A stretch of 62,347 nucleotides of DNA, taken from a virus. Lineage: Duplodnaviria; Caudoviricetes. Under the pieces are notes generated by a model that did no database searches, was not told where the DNA came from, and saw only the letters and a list, made by a program, of their open reading frames with translations. The position numbers were made by a program, and so were the translations under genes. The stretch covers positions 1-62,347 of the IMG/VR virus record IMGVR_UViG_3300033565_000090; one strand, written 5' to 3'. How positions within the stretch are numbered: the stretch's first letter is position 1; each line of letters opens with the position of its first letter. Below are positions 37,868 through 47,119 of the stretch, piece by piece.

Positions 37868-38152
37868 TTACGCCCATACTTCGCCCTGGTCAAGGGGCTC
37901 ACTTTTGGCATCTTCTCGGTCTGCTAACTCAAGAAAGAATCGTGTTCCACGGATAATCCCCTGACTTTCGAGAACAGAATTTCCTGTTGCTGTCTCTAAT
38001 TTGCAATGTTCCTTCTCTACTTGTCGAAACGACAATTCTTCAAGGAGCATCCTTAGGAAGGGATCAGACCGGAGTTTGCGCCCCAGCATTGTTTCCAGAT
38101 CCTCCTGCGGCAGATGGCTGACTTCCGTTTGGACCCTTGGACTGAATGGCAT
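37868..38152 (-). CDS. Small protein after portal (start uncertain)
   Basis: SQGIIRGTRFFLEL motif typical of small post-portal podovirus proteins. Confidence 0.5.
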   Translation of the reverse strand: MPFSPRVQTEVSHLPQEDLETMLGRKLRSDPFLRMLLEELSFRQVEKEHCKLETATGNSVLESQGIIRGTRFFLELADREDAKSEPLDQGEVWA

Positions 38153-40469
38153 TGGCGAGCTCCAGATTTGCCTTGTCGGTTTCGGTCAACTTTCCTGCGT
38201 TAAGTTCAGCATTTGCTCTCATCTCGGCATTGATGGCCGTCTCGATTTCGGGCGTCATCTCGCCAGCCTCATTCAGGACGGCCCGAAGGAGCGGGGGGGC
38301 AATCTGGGAGTTCTCCGGCAGGCTGTCCAAGCACTTCAGGAGGAAGTCCTTTTTCGCCATCTGGGGTTGCAGCGCGGGATTGCTGTTCGCCTGGGCCTGC
38401 ATCTGCATGGCCGCCTCGGCATCCGCCTTGTCGTTCTCGCGGACCTGGGCCTCGGTGTAGGTGAGGCCTTCGTCCTTGATGCCCATGGTCCGCAGGGACA
38501 CATCACCGACGCGGCTCCAGTTGATGCGCTTCGCGGAGGCAGGGTTCTGCTGCATCGCCTGGATCCACTGCATCACCCGCTGGGTCAGCACCTCGTCGGC
38601 CATGACCGAATCGACGCCCAGGGCCTCCACGTCGAAGTCGCCCTTGATCCGGTCGTCGTTGGAGAACTGCATCTCCCAGAAGTAAATGGCGCGCACCAGG
38701 GGCCGCGTGGCCTCCTGGTCGATGTTCTTCTGCACGCTGCGGGTCGAGACATCGGCCCACCCGCCCAGCATGGACATGCCCGCCGCAGTGCGGTTGTGGG
38801 TGGCGCCGGTCTGCAGGCCCTGAACGAGATCCGGCAGGGAGGTGCTTTCCTGGATGTTGGCCCGGGCGATCTCCGCGATCATCCGCATGTGCGCCACGTT
38901 GTTCGGCGGGAAATGGAACTGGACGGGCGGGATGGCGGAGCGCTCGGTGTCCTTGACCTCGAACATTTTCCCGGGGAACAAATCACCCTTCTCAGTCGAG
39001 TTCGTCATTCGGCTCTTGTCGTACCAACCGATGGGCAAGGCGCTGATCGCCATGTTGTCGATCATGGCCCGGTAGACCGTGTTCATCACGGCCACCCAGT
39101 CCTCCATCATCCAGGCCACGCCCTGGCCCCAGAGGCTCTTGGGGATGCGCTCGTAGGGCACGACGAAGAACGGAAGGCGCCGGGGCTTCAGGGATGCGCT
39201 CCAGGCCCGGAGCACATGGTTCCCGCACACCCAGATATTGGCGATCACCACCTCGTTTTCGTCGGGCTCCTTCTCTTCCCACTTCAGCGTCAGGTTGCTC
39301 CAGACCTTCACCTTGGCGATGTTCCCGCCCGCCCTGCGAAGGTCCGAGACCTTGATGTAGCCCCACCAGTCCAGCACCACGAACTTGTCGGGCATCCCCA
39401 TCCCCAGGGCCGTGCTCTCGCCGTTGGAGGCGAACATCCGGGATTCCCACGGCTCCGCGGTCCAGGCGCCCGTGCGGTCCGCGAGAACGGCCCAGATCTC
39501 ATCGGCGTTGAACCCGGGGTTGTCCACCAGGTCCGCCACCTCTCGATGCCCCATGACGTTGCGGACGATGGCCCACTCCAGCTTTTCCACCATCCAGGCG
39601 CCGGGGCTCGGGTAGAAGTCCCACGGGCTCACGTTCTCCACCTCGGGCCGGTAGAGCTTCACGTCCGGATCCACGTCCAGGAATCCCCAGGCCCCGCCCT
39701 TCCGGATCCACCGGCCGGGCCTCTTCTCCTTGGTGAGGGGGCCCTTGAAGATCATCGTGCCGTAGAGGCCCATGTCGAGGAGCCCCTGGTCGTACATCGC
39801 ATCGAATCGCATCTCCACGAAGTCGTCTGCGATCCTGGTCTTCATGGCCTCGGACCTGGACCGCGCCAGGTCTTTGACCTGCTGCATCATTTCGTCCACG
39901 TTCATTTCGGCCTGGATCTCCGCCGCCAGGCTCTTGTCCTGCATGGAGGCCAGGATGTCGGTGAGCGCCGTTCGCAGTTGGACCGGCGTGAAGTCGATGA
40001 CGTTGGGCTCCGGGGTGGGCTTGATGCCCCACTTGAACCCGATCTCCTTCAGGCGTGCGACCGCAGAAGCCACCTTGGTACGGGTGATCTTCATCGTCAC
40101 CTTGGAGCGCAGCTTCATCGCCATTTCGTTCACGGGGCGCGGCGCCGTTCCCCGGTAATTGTCGTGGCACTTCTCCCAGACCCGTTCCTGTTCCTGCTTC
40201 GCCATTCGCGCCGTGGCGAAGTGGCCGTTGACCATCGACACCAGGAAATTGGGCGCGGCCTCCTGATGCGTGCCGACGATGGCGCCATCCGGCGTGCCCA
40301 TCGCGTCCTCGGCGCCGCCCGGGGGTGTGCCTGAGAGACCTATCGGCTGGGTCGAAACGGGGCCCTGGGGCTGCACCGGGCCCGGGGGGATACCGGAAGC
40401 CATCCCGGGGGCCATGCCGCCACCGAGGGACTGAATTGGGCTTTGGGAGAGTGCAATCGGAGTTTCCAT
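38064..40469 (-). CDS. Portal protein
   Basis: 801 aa after TerL; WEKCHDNYRG, VSPWDFYPSP, RAMIDNMAIS, RTAAGMSML and IKGDFDVEALG motifs. Confidence 0.88.
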   Translation of the reverse strand: METPIALSQSPIQSLGGGMAPGMASGIPPGPVQPQGPVSTQPIGLSGTPPGGAEDAMGTPDGAIVGTHQEAAPNFLVSMVNGHFATARMAKQEQERVWEKCHDNYRGTAPRPVNEMAMKLRSKVTMKITRTKVASAVARLKEIGFKWGIKPTPEPNVIDFTPVQLRTALTDILASMQDKSLAAEIQAEMNVDEMMQQVKDLARSRSEAMKTRIADDFVEMRFDAMYDQGLLDMGLYGTMIFKGPLTKEKRPGRWIRKGGAWGFLDVDPDVKLYRPEVENVSPWDFYPSPGAWMVEKLEWAIVRNVMGHREVADLVDNPGFNADEIWAVLADRTGAWTAEPWESRMFASNGESTALGMGMPDKFVVLDWWGYIKVSDLRRAGGNIAKVKVWSNLTLKWEEKEPDENEVVIANIWVCGNHVLRAWSASLKPRRLPFFVVPYERIPKSLWGQGVAWMMEDWVAVMNTVYRAMIDNMAISALPIGWYDKSRMTNSTEKGDLFPGKMFEVKDTERSAIPPVQFHFPPNNVAHMRMIAEIARANIQESTSLPDLVQGLQTGATHNRTAAGMSMLGGWADVSTRSVQKNIDQEATRPLVRAIYFWEMQFSNDDRIKGDFDVEALGVDSVMADEVLTQRVMQWIQAMQQNPASAKRINWSRVGDVSLRTMGIKDEGLTYTEAQVRENDKADAEAAMQMQAQANSNPALQPQMAKKDFLLKCLDSLPENSQIAPPLLRAVLNEAGEMTPEIETAINAEMRANAELNAGKLTETDKANLELANAIQSKGPNGSQPSAAGGSGNNAGAQTPV

Positions 40470-40487
40470 GGTTGCTCCAGGGCCACG

Positions 40488-41939
40488 TCAGTAGCCGGTC
40501 TCGGGGTCCAATGGGGTCCAGGTCTGGGGCGATCCCCGGAAGTACTGGCTCCCCTTCACGATCTGGGCATCTCCGATGTCCATGTAGCCGTAGCGGGTGG
40601 CGTCCTGCATGTGGTCGTCCTTCTTGCGAGGGACCGGCTGACCATCCGAATTGACCTTCTTCGGATCCCAGACGTAGTTCGACCACTCTTCAATCCAGTG
40701 GGTGCAGTTCGAGAAGACCTTGAACCGGCCCTCGGACATGGCGTTGTAGAGCTTGTTGATCCCGGCGTAGACCGCATTGTTCGCGTTCTTCACTTCCCAG
40801 CCGTCGCCAAACTCGTCGCGGTATTCCTTGATGATGGTTTCGCCATCCCGCTCGGCGCGGTTCGCGCTGGGGTCGATGCGCACGGGGTAGCATCCGAACT
40901 TCCGGCGCATCGCGCCCACATGGACCGCCGTGGGCTGTCGCTCCAGGTAGTGCTCGTCCACCAGGTAGGTCGTGCGTGAGGCCTTGTCGTAGCGCAGCAG
41001 GGCGCCCGCCGTGGGCGCCTGATAGGCCACGTCCAGGCCGATGATTCCGGGGTAGTGGTACTCCAGGTCGAAGGGCTTCACGATGATGTCCTTGGCCAGG
41101 AAGGGGTAGATCAACCCCGTCGCCATGGTCGGCAGGCCCGTGCGGCGCGCCTCGATCTCGTGCGGCAGGAGGCCCACGGACATCTGCCGCTTGTCCTCTT
41201 CGGACAAGTGGGGTACATCGTCCCAGCCGATGATGATCCGGCGCACCACCGAGGCATCCGGTTCATGCAGCAGGAACTTCGCCAGAGAGGTGAGGCCCTT
41301 CAACGGCGTGAAGGTCACGATCATGATCCCCTGCACCGTCATCGTGCGCAGCCGGCACTCGGTGAAAACGTCGTGATCGCACTCCTCGTCGATCCAGATC
41401 ACATGCTTGGCCGTGCCCTGCATCTTTTCCCGGCCCTGCTCGTTGGACTTCAGGGCCAGAATCGAAATCCCACCGGTGGGGACGTGGCGCACCCAGATCG
41501 TATCCACGGTGTCGGCTACACCTTGGCGCATGGAGTAGTCCACGATCAGATCCCGCGGGATCATCCCGGAGCCAAAGGCCGTCTTGATGTCGCCCAGCAG
41601 TTCCTTCTGGATGATTTCCCGGGAGCTCTCCGCCGTGACGGCCACACTCCATGCCTCGATGGGGGTGAAGAACCGCTTGCCAGTCCACCAGGCCGGATAC
41701 TGCCCCGTGAGGTGGCACACCATCTCGTAGGCCGCCGTGTAGGTCTTCCCGATGCGGTTCCCCCCGAAGATAGTCTTGATGGGAACCTTCCAGTTCAGCC
41801 ATTCGGCCTGCTTCGGGTAGGGCTGGTAGAGCTCGAACTTCCGCAGCTTGGACCGGCGCTCCTTCTCCGCTACCAGGGCCAGATACTCGTCCCTCGGGTC
41901 CAATGTGGACTGGTCCTGGAACTTCGCAGGCGCGGTCAA
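40488..41939 (-). CDS. terL: Terminase large subunit
   Basis: Walker A GGNRIGKT, Walker B IWIDEE, TFTP coupling motif, nuclease GLD and DDHMQDATRY. Confidence 0.93.
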   Translation of the reverse strand: MTAPAKFQDQSTLDPRDEYLALVAEKERRSKLRKFELYQPYPKQAEWLNWKVPIKTIFGGNRIGKTYTAAYEMVCHLTGQYPAWWTGKRFFTPIEAWSVAVTAESSREIIQKELLGDIKTAFGSGMIPRDLIVDYSMRQGVADTVDTIWVRHVPTGGISILALKSNEQGREKMQGTAKHVIWIDEECDHDVFTECRLRTMTVQGIMIVTFTPLKGLTSLAKFLLHEPDASVVRRIIIGWDDVPHLSEEDKRQMSVGLLPHEIEARRTGLPTMATGLIYPFLAKDIIVKPFDLEYHYPGIIGLDVAYQAPTAGALLRYDKASRTTYLVDEHYLERQPTAVHVGAMRRKFGCYPVRIDPSANRAERDGETIIKEYRDEFGDGWEVKNANNAVYAGINKLYNAMSEGRFKVFSNCTHWIEEWSNYVWDPKKVNSDGQPVPRKKDDHMQDATRYGYMDIGDAQIVKGSQYFRGSPQTWTPLDPETGY

Positions 41940-42769
41940 GACTCACCGTCCACAAGCGAAGCCCCCAGCGTTGATGGGTCTTGGAACTCAATCGGCGCAG
42001 GCGCCGGCCGAGCCCCCGGGGGCAGGATCTCCGCCTCCATCACCTGGCCCGTGGCCGGGTCCGTCCCGCTGAGGGTCAGCAACGCCCGTACCTGCGGGTT
42101 CCTCCGAAGCTGGTTCAGCTTCTCCTCAAGAGCCTCTTCCGAGAGATTGGCGTGGAGGTGGAGGTGGTTAGTGTTCGTCTCCACGTCCACCTTCTCGCGC
42201 ATCCCACGGTTCACAATCCGCGACAGCGTGGAGGATGCGAACTTCACCCGCTCTTTGAGCAGCGCCATCTCAGACTTGGTCAGGGGCGCCGGATTGCCGT
42301 TCAGATCCCAGATGACACGCTCCAGGATTCGCTCCTGCCGGGCGTGCTTCCACTGGTCGATGGCCTTGGCGAAGAAGGGGTCTTCATCCAGCCACGCCTG
42401 AATCACCCGCAGGCTGGGCCACCACCGGGGATCATCCGGGCGCTCCGCGGCCTTCAGGTCCACCAGGGCCACCAGGGAGTCCACCTGGTCCAGCAGGTCC
42501 ACGATGTCCCGCTTGATCTCGGGGGTGGTCTTCTCGCCACCCTCCCAGAGCACCACCCCGGCGTCCTCCACCACGGACCGGGCCTTCAGGGCATCCCCGA
42601 AGGTCATCCAGGGACGTTGTAATCCGCCTACAACCGGCCCGATTGGCAAAATAGGCATCTGGCTATCTGGCACAGACGGGGGACTAGACCCATTAAGTGC
42701 TGGATCTTCGCCTTTTCCTCCACGTTTAGGGCGTGGATGCTGTCCCGTCTTCTGTTCCAGCATGGTCAA
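41936..42769 (-). CDS. terS: Terminase small subunit
   Basis: Overlaps the TerL start; PSLRVIQAWLDEDPFF..AR pattern of Sf6-like TerS. Confidence 0.7.
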   Translation of the reverse strand: MTMLEQKTGQHPRPKRGGKGEDPALNGSSPPSVPDSQMPILPIGPVVGGLQRPWMTFGDALKARSVVEDAGVVLWEGGEKTTPEIKRDIVDLLDQVDSLVALVDLKAAERPDDPRWWPSLRVIQAWLDEDPFFAKAIDQWKHARQERILERVIWDLNGNPAPLTKSEMALLKERVKFASSTLSRIVNRGMREKVDVETNTNHLHLHANLSEEALEEKLNQLRRNPQVRALLTLSGTDPATGQVMEAEILPPGARPAPAPIEFQDPSTLGASLVDGES

Positions 42770-42878
42770 AGGTTAAGTCAAAAACGCCCCGCGTGGATAC
42801 TTGCAGGGCGTCTCCAATGGCTATTTTTTACGCTGCATTTTTGGGATTCTATTTACTCGAATCCATTAAGTCGTCTTT

Positions 42879-43373
42879 CTACTCGACAACAACCCAATCA
42901 TCCGCGAAGAGATCGGACTGCGAGGCAAGCCAGGGAACACGCGATCCCTGCGGGTAAGCGGGGTGCCCTTCCGGGTATTCGATGTAGAAGTAGGGCAGGC
43001 TCATCTTGGAGTGAGCGTCGGGGCGCTGGGCCTGCACCCACATCCCCTTCCCATTCCAACCCTTCCGCGCCACCCGGGCGCCGTGCTTCAGGCGATGCAA
43101 CGCAACCGAGAAGTCCATGGTCTCGATCTCTGGCGCCTGCCGCTTCCTTTCGGCCCGGATCTTTTCGCGGAAATCATTGAGGGCGGTAAGAATCTCGTGC
43201 TCGTAGTAGAACTCGTTCAGGCGGGAAACCACCGTCTGCGTAAGATTCGTATCACCGACTTGAGCCGACAGTTTGAGATTCGAATCGCCAAATGGGTTGC
43301 GGAATACCTCTAGTTCAATACCTTCGTTCTCCCGCAACATCTGAATGAATGGTTCTGGGATTGGGATGCCCAT
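42879..43373 (-). CDS. DUF2829/Tad2-family protein with N-terminal extension
   Basis: MDFSVALHRLKHGARVARKGWNGKGMW...PWLASQSDLFADDW signature; TGATG coupling to the HU gene. Confidence 0.85.
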   Translation of the reverse strand: MGIPIPEPFIQMLRENEGIELEVFRNPFGDSNLKLSAQVGDTNLTQTVVSRLNEFYYEHEILTALNDFREKIRAERKRQAPEIETMDFSVALHRLKHGARVARKGWNGKGMWVQAQRPDAHSKMSLPYFYIEYPEGHPAYPQGSRVPWLASQSDLFADDWVVVE

Positions 43374-43711
43374 CACTCCTCCAGGTGTTCCATCAGCGCC
43401 CGCTTCATCGTCTTGCCCGCCTGGAAGCGCACGACCCAACGCGCATCCAGCTTGTGGACCTTCCGCGAGATCGGCGAGAACGCCCGCCGCGAACTGCGCC
43501 GCACCGGCCACATCGTGCAGAACCCGCGCAGCTCCACCCGCTTCCCGGACAGAAGGGCCTCCGTCATCGTGTCCAGCAAGCTATCCAGGAGCTCCCGCAG
43601 TTCCACCTTTGTCCGGTTCGGGAACTTCGCCGCAAGCTCCTTCACCAGGCCATCCCGCCCGATCCGCTCCGCGGGGTTACGTTCCTTGAAACTTCTCAAG
43701 TCCTGAGGCAT
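43373..43711 (-). CDS. HU/IHF-family DNA-binding protein
   Basis: EALLSGKRVELRGFC...RRAFSPISRKV...VRFQAGKTMK. Confidence 0.85.
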   Translation of the reverse strand: MPQDLRSFKERNPAERIGRDGLVKELAAKFPNRTKVELRELLDSLLDTMTEALLSGKRVELRGFCTMWPVRRSSRRAFSPISRKVHKLDARWVVRFQAGKTMKRALMEHLEE

Positions 43712-43845
43712 TTTCGCTCCTTTTGAAGTTATCCCCCGTCCACCCAGGGAACATATCAAAATTCTCGGCCTCAAAGCCTTGTTTTTCAATCCTGCTTATC
43801 GGATTTATCTTGTTTTAAAAGCCGTTGTTCATTTCGCCTGTCACC

Positions 43846-43907
43846 TGCTTCTGACCTGCTTCTGAATTGCTGCTGACCTGCTTCCTTCATGTTGCTGGGT
43901 TGCTTCT
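43846..43907. repeat. Second iteron array (6 copies, 11-bp period, TGCT(G/T)CT core)
   Basis: Cores at 43846, 43857, 43868, 43879, 43890 and 43901 (two are one-mismatch variants). Confidence 0.8.
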
Positions 43908-43988
43908 CCACCGCATACCTGAAAAATTTCCGGAATGGCGAAAACTACCAATCCTCTACCAGAATCCGAATCCGGACAGGTGATCATT

Positions 43989-44068
43989 TTTTAAATCTCC
44001 TTTGATTGGGCCACGTTATCTTTTAAATCTCCTTTGGCATTTCTCACTTGCCGTTTTAAAAGTCCTTG
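43989..44068. repeat. AT-rich direct repeats TTTTAAATCTCCTTTG
   Basis: Exact copies at 43989 and 44021, degenerate copy at 44054; 32-33 bp spacing. Confidence 0.7.
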
Positions 44069-45323
44069 CGTTTTACCCTGTTCAAATCGCTCTCCGCTGT
44101 CCTTCCATCATCAATAAGCCTCTGAAAAACAAGGTCACTATCCAATGTAGGCGGTCCAGAAGCACTAAAGAAGCACGTACGCTCCCTGGGAATGGAGTAC
44201 TTGGAATGGGAAAGGGAAAGGACTAAAAGAACTCCCGAAATGGCCCCCTGAATCCTCCATTCTCTCCCCACATGGCCCAGGCCATCACCCCCCCCTGAAT
44301 TTTTTGAAAGCCCGAATATAGGAGCAGGCATCAATAAATCTCAACAGGCACCCCCCCGTGGTCCCATGTAGGGGGGCATGTCCACGGGCCGGCTGACCTC
44401 TCGCGTGCGGTTCTGAGCCTGGCTGGTGCGCCTCGGGTGAGCTCGATGAGGTGAGCTGGCCAGGTCGAGCTCGACTCGGCTGCTGTCCATGCCCACCACC
44501 CAGCCTTGCCCGGGGTCCATCCAGGTGTAGGCAGATCCCCCCCCTGCATGGCATACCGTCAAGGATTGGGGGTTTTGGGGCTCCAATAATTCTGAGGCAA
44601 TCCAGAAAATCAGCTCCAAATACATCAAAACAAACAGGTTAAACGCAATTTCTCGAAGGTGACAAAATGGACGTTATCGAAAGCTGGGATTGAAATTTGA
44701 GTCTCGGGGACTCACCAAGGACTCGCGCGCGCGAGGCATCCCTGGAGCGGATGACCTCCCCCAGCCAGGTCACCCAAGGGCCAACCAGAGGACCAGGGAC
44801 GGGAGGCCGAGGGCTGGGTCAGGGGTTTTAGAGGGGGGTTTCAGGGTGTCAGTGTGGCCTGGACACCCTTCAACGCCTCCTAGGGCCCTTTCTGCGCAAT
44901 TACGGGGCATGACGTGTTGCGTCACTTTCTGGTCAGAACGTCACGGAGTTGTGACGGAATGCGTGCTCCTGCCTACTTTCTATCCACAATCCAGGATTTC
45001 CCGACTCAATGAGGAATGGCCTAAACGCCTGGTCTTTGAGGATTGAAACGGCTTTAAAGAGGGGATTGAAGGAAAGAGGAAGGGCAAACTGCCGAGGGAT
45101 TGGAAGTGGCCCAGGATGATCGACCTGGTTTTTATTTTTGGAAAAGGCTTGGCTGGCTGGAATTCCTTCACTTAGTATTATATTAAATATTTTCTTTAAT
45201 ATAGAATATCTTTATCTTACTTACACAGTGACCTTCTACTTTCGGCCTTTTTGGACCAATGAAGTCCAATAAAGGATCTGGAGCCGTCCACCTGGATATT
45301 TTAGAAAGTGTTGGATTGGATAC

Positions 45324-45368
45324 TTGACACTGGGATACCAGCGACTCAACCTGTATGCAAATGGATAC
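45324..45368 (+). promoter_or_regulatory. Putative early promoter with operator
   Basis: TTGACA at 45324 (weak -10), GGATAC half-sites, and operator GTATGCAAATGGATAC at 45353-45368, upstream of an AGGAGG-led operon. Confidence 0.65.
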
Positions 45369-45406
45369 CTGCCGAGCCAGGATCCGAATTTCCAGGAGGC
45401 ACTGAG

Positions 45407-45775
45407 ATGCTGCATACACCATACGTTCCAAGGCTTACCACCCGATTCACGGCATTCCACGACTGGCGGGAGATCGAGACGGGGCTGACCTTCCAGATTG
45501 GGAACCAGACCTTTCGGGTCGAGGCTTACCGTCCCAAGATCGAGAAGCAGCACATCTACCAGGCTTGGGTGTTCATCCGGAACCTGCGGACGGGCCGGAT
45601 CTTCCACGAGACCCTCGCATCGTTCTGGGCAGGCTTGGACCGCTCCGAGCTTGATGGCTATGGCGTCCACTACATCGACCACACCAAGAAGGCAGTGGCG
45701 CGGCATCACCGGAAAGAGGCCCGTCGCAGGATGAAGCTGCGGGCCATGTTGGTGCGGGAAGGGCTGGTGCGCTGA
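45407..45775 (+). CDS. Hypothetical early protein
   Basis: AGGAGG SD; first gene of a translationally coupled string. Confidence 0.7.
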   Translation: MLHTPYVPRLTTRFTAFHDWREIETGLTFQIGNQTFRVEAYRPKIEKQHIYQAWVFIRNLRTGRIFHETLASFWAGLDRSELDGYGVHYIDHTKKAVARHHRKEARRRMKLRAMLVREGLVR

Positions 45776-45987
45776 TGGCTACCACCAGGAAGGTCACAGT
45801 CTACGAGGTTGTCTACATCTGCCAGAAGGACGGGCCTGGGCCTGCTGGTGACGGTTCTCATGTGTTCAGGTCTCGTTCCCAGAAGGATGCCGAGGACTTC
45901 GCGCGGTGCCGGTTCAATCACGCCGAGCCTGCCGAAGCTGTCCGAGTTGAAGTTCCTGCGCATATCGCTGCGCGTTGGGGGATGTGA
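45775..45987 (+). CDS. Hypothetical protein
   Basis: TGATG coupling at both ends. Confidence 0.65.
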   Translation: MATTRKVTVYEVVYICQKDGPGPAGDGSHVFRSRSQKDAEDFARCRFNHAEPAEAVRVEVPAHIAARWGM

Positions 45988-46253
45988 TGGCCAAAGAACT
46001 GTTCCCCGGATGCGTGATGATGGACATGGACGAGCTGCTGGACATCGTTGAGGGCAAGGAAGAGGTAAAGCCCACCCCTGAGGATGAGCTGCGCGAGGCC
46101 CTGCGATGGGCTCGCCAGGAGATCTTGAAGACGGGCAAGTGCTTCAAGGACATAGCTGAAGCGAAGGATTACTTCGACCACATGAACAAGATTCACGAGC
46201 TCATCACCGTGGCGCCCGAGCCCACGGATGAGCTGGGCGAGGTGAGCCGATGA
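45987..46253 (+). CDS. Hypothetical acidic protein
   Basis: Start MAKELF, coupled to the upstream stop. Confidence 0.65.
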   Translation: MAKELFPGCVMMDMDELLDIVEGKEEVKPTPEDELREALRWARQEILKTGKCFKDIAEAKDYFDHMNKIHELITVAPEPTDELGEVSR

Positions 46254-46537
46254 CCGCATGGGAAACACTTGTCCACTGGGGCGAAACGCTGCCCATGCCA
46301 CTGCCTTTTGATGAGGCCAAGCCATGGATCGGCTCGGATGCCGAGGACCGCGAGAGCATCATCCGGTTAGCCATTCACCAGGCGATCCGTTTCCGTGGTG
46401 GGGTTCTGCCCGGCGAAGGGCCCCTGACGGGCTGGGTCGTCTCAATCAACGCGAAGGACGGGCTTTGGCCGAACGGCAATCCCAGGAATGTGATTGCCTC
46501 CAAATTCAAGATCACGCCGAATGAGGTGAGCCGATGA
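46250..46537 (+). CDS. Hypothetical protein
   Basis: GAGGTGAG SD plus ATGA overlap. Confidence 0.65.
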   Translation: MTAWETLVHWGETLPMPLPFDEAKPWIGSDAEDRESIIRLAIHQAIRFRGGVLPGEGPLTGWVVSINAKDGLWPNGNPRNVIASKFKITPNEVSR

Positions 46538-46788
46538 GCCTTGACAGTGAACGCACAATCCTTGGGATCCGTTTCGTGCTTGAGCGCCGGAATGCGCCGA
46601 TCCCCTGCTACAGCATTAACCCAGTCCCGCACTGGGTCGTAAAGCCTCACGGGCTGGAACCGGACCCCAAGCGATACATGCACAAGGCCACCCGCCCCGA
46701 GGCCTGGGACGAGCTGGAGCGATACGCCCGTGGGAATCCAGAGTCATTCAAGGCCTGCTTCCAGGCACCGAATGAGGTGAGGCCATGA
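46534..46788 (+). CDS. Hypothetical protein
   Basis: GAGGTGAG SD plus ATGA overlap. Confidence 0.65.
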   Translation: MSLDSERTILGIRFVLERRNAPIPCYSINPVPHWVVKPHGLEPDPKRYMHKATRPEAWDELERYARGNPESFKACFQAPNEVRP

Positions 46789-46868
46789 CAAGCACCCACG
46801 TCCTGCTCTGCCTCGTCGCACTCCTGATTGGTGTTTCGCTCCGCCTTCGTCGCAGGAGTCGGCCGTGA
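46785..46868 (+). CDS. 27-aa membrane peptide (not in the ORF track)
   Basis: MTSTHVLLCLVALLIGVSLRLRRRSRP; overlaps both neighbours by 4 nt. Confidence 0.5.
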   Translation: MTSTHVLLCLVALLIGVSLRLRRRSRP

Positions 46869-47119
46869 CCGCCCGCACCCGAATCCTGTTGGCCCTGGGC
46901 GCTGCTGCGTTGATGTTCTTGGGCGCCCTGCCCCCGTCTCCTGAAGCCCAAGAGGCTGCGATCCATGCGCGCATTGAAGAACTTGCACCCCTGGCCGTGG
47001 GCGAAGAGGCGGAGTCCGCCCTGCTTGCGGCCCGGGACTACATCGACCGAGGGCTGATCCCTGAGGCCATTGAAGCAACCGTCGAACTGGAGGAGGCCTG
47101 CCATGTCAGGAATCGATAA
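46865..47119 (+). CDS. Small signal-peptide/membrane protein
   Basis: Hydrophobic N-terminus; GTGA coupling. Confidence 0.55.
   Translation: MTARTRILLALGAAALMFLGALPPSPEAQEAAIHARIEELAPLAVGEEAESALLAARDYIDRGLIPEAIEATVELEEACHVRNR

Noticed and set aside
43840-44070. CRISPR array
   Set aside because: Repeats are 11-16 bp without spacer-length unique sequences, and there are no cas genes.
43990-45300. Protein-coding genes among the short ORFs in this interval
   Set aside because: Low-complexity translations, no SD or coupling, and overlapping ORFs on both strands.
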